In this document: positions 63,380 to 64,000 of the stretch, in pieces
Layout: the number at the start of each line of letters is the position of its first letter
Numbering within the stretch: the first letter of the stretch is position 1
Assembly (NCBI RefSeq): GCF_000143415.4
Contig: NW_003314270.1
Coordinates: 2,101,048-2,165,047 of the forward strand
Reading direction: 5' to 3'
Source: Selaginella moellendorffii
Taxonomy: Eukaryota; Plantae; Lycopodiophyta
DNA: 64,000 nucleotides
The notes under the pieces: model-generated
Databases searched by the model: none
What the model saw: the letters and a program-made list of their open reading frames with translations, nothing else
What the model was told of the DNA's origin: nothing
Program-made: the position numbers and the translations under genes

Positions 63380-64000
63380 CGCAACGATCAGTCCTTTTGT
63401 ATGATGCATTGCTGCTGCTGCTGAGCTCCTTGTACCAGTGCCAAGTTATAATGCTCTTCTTTTTTGGTGCCAAGATCATCCACTGATCCAACAGAAAAGG
63501 GTATCATCGATGTCTTGGTTTGTAAAACAAGAATGTCTTGCTGCTTCCCAGTTTGCTGGAGCAAGAAGCATGGGCACAACACACAACACACAAATCCTTT
63601 TTGATCTCAAGCTCAACTTGTATCTTGTGTCAACTGTTAAAAAGAGGAAAGAACACCTTGCTCTTTATCTCTGGTTGGTAAGCAGATCTACACCTGCCTT
63701 TTGTTCTCATGCATGACAACACCACACACAAAACAGTGCAAGCGAAAATTTAGAAAGGTACCCACATCATATGTAATGTGTGAGTGCATGTTTGAAGCAA
63801 CAGCCAGGTAAAGTCAGGAAGGATCAAACAAGAGTTAAAACTCTTTTCTGAATGCAGCCATTCACCCAGGCAGCCATGCATGCATAAGCATTAACAACAT
63901 CCCCAATAAAGTAGGGATGATGAAACAGTACTTACTAGAAGGTAGGCTGAGCCCAGCTCTGGAGCAGCAAAATAACACAGGCTTTGAATTTGTTTGCATT

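Overview
Eukaryotic plant nuclear DNA. The very short introns (~50-70 nt), dense gene packing and intronless PLS-type PPR gene suggest a lycophyte such as Selaginella (inference only). The window has three parts. (1) 1-1355 is the 3' part of an intronless BAHD acyltransferase. (2) ~3.5-27.5 kb is a nested LTR-retroelement island: two inverted Gypsy integrase/PPT remnants, a TRIM, several copies of a ~1.1 kb LTR family (one inserted into an inverted copy of itself), and a young 13.3 kb three-LTR/two-internal element (11110-24392, perfect CTCTG TSD). That element has no coding capacity and its + strand reads as a near-continuous chain of short hairpins. (3) 28.7-63.4 kb is a compact gene block: PLS-E PPR, serine carboxypeptidase-like, mitoferrin-like carrier, PYD1, BAC2, DCAF1, HOS1 (two very short U12-type introns), plastid adenylate kinase, AVT1-like transporter, At1g16080-like protein, an orphan pseudogene, RRN3, and a gene that appears to splice SOFL/VUP1 motifs in frame onto a basic-region-less HLH domain. 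The two most novel-looking items are the hairpin-chain non-coding retroelement and the SOFL/VUP1-HLH fusion gene. All calls are by eye; no searches or folding were run.
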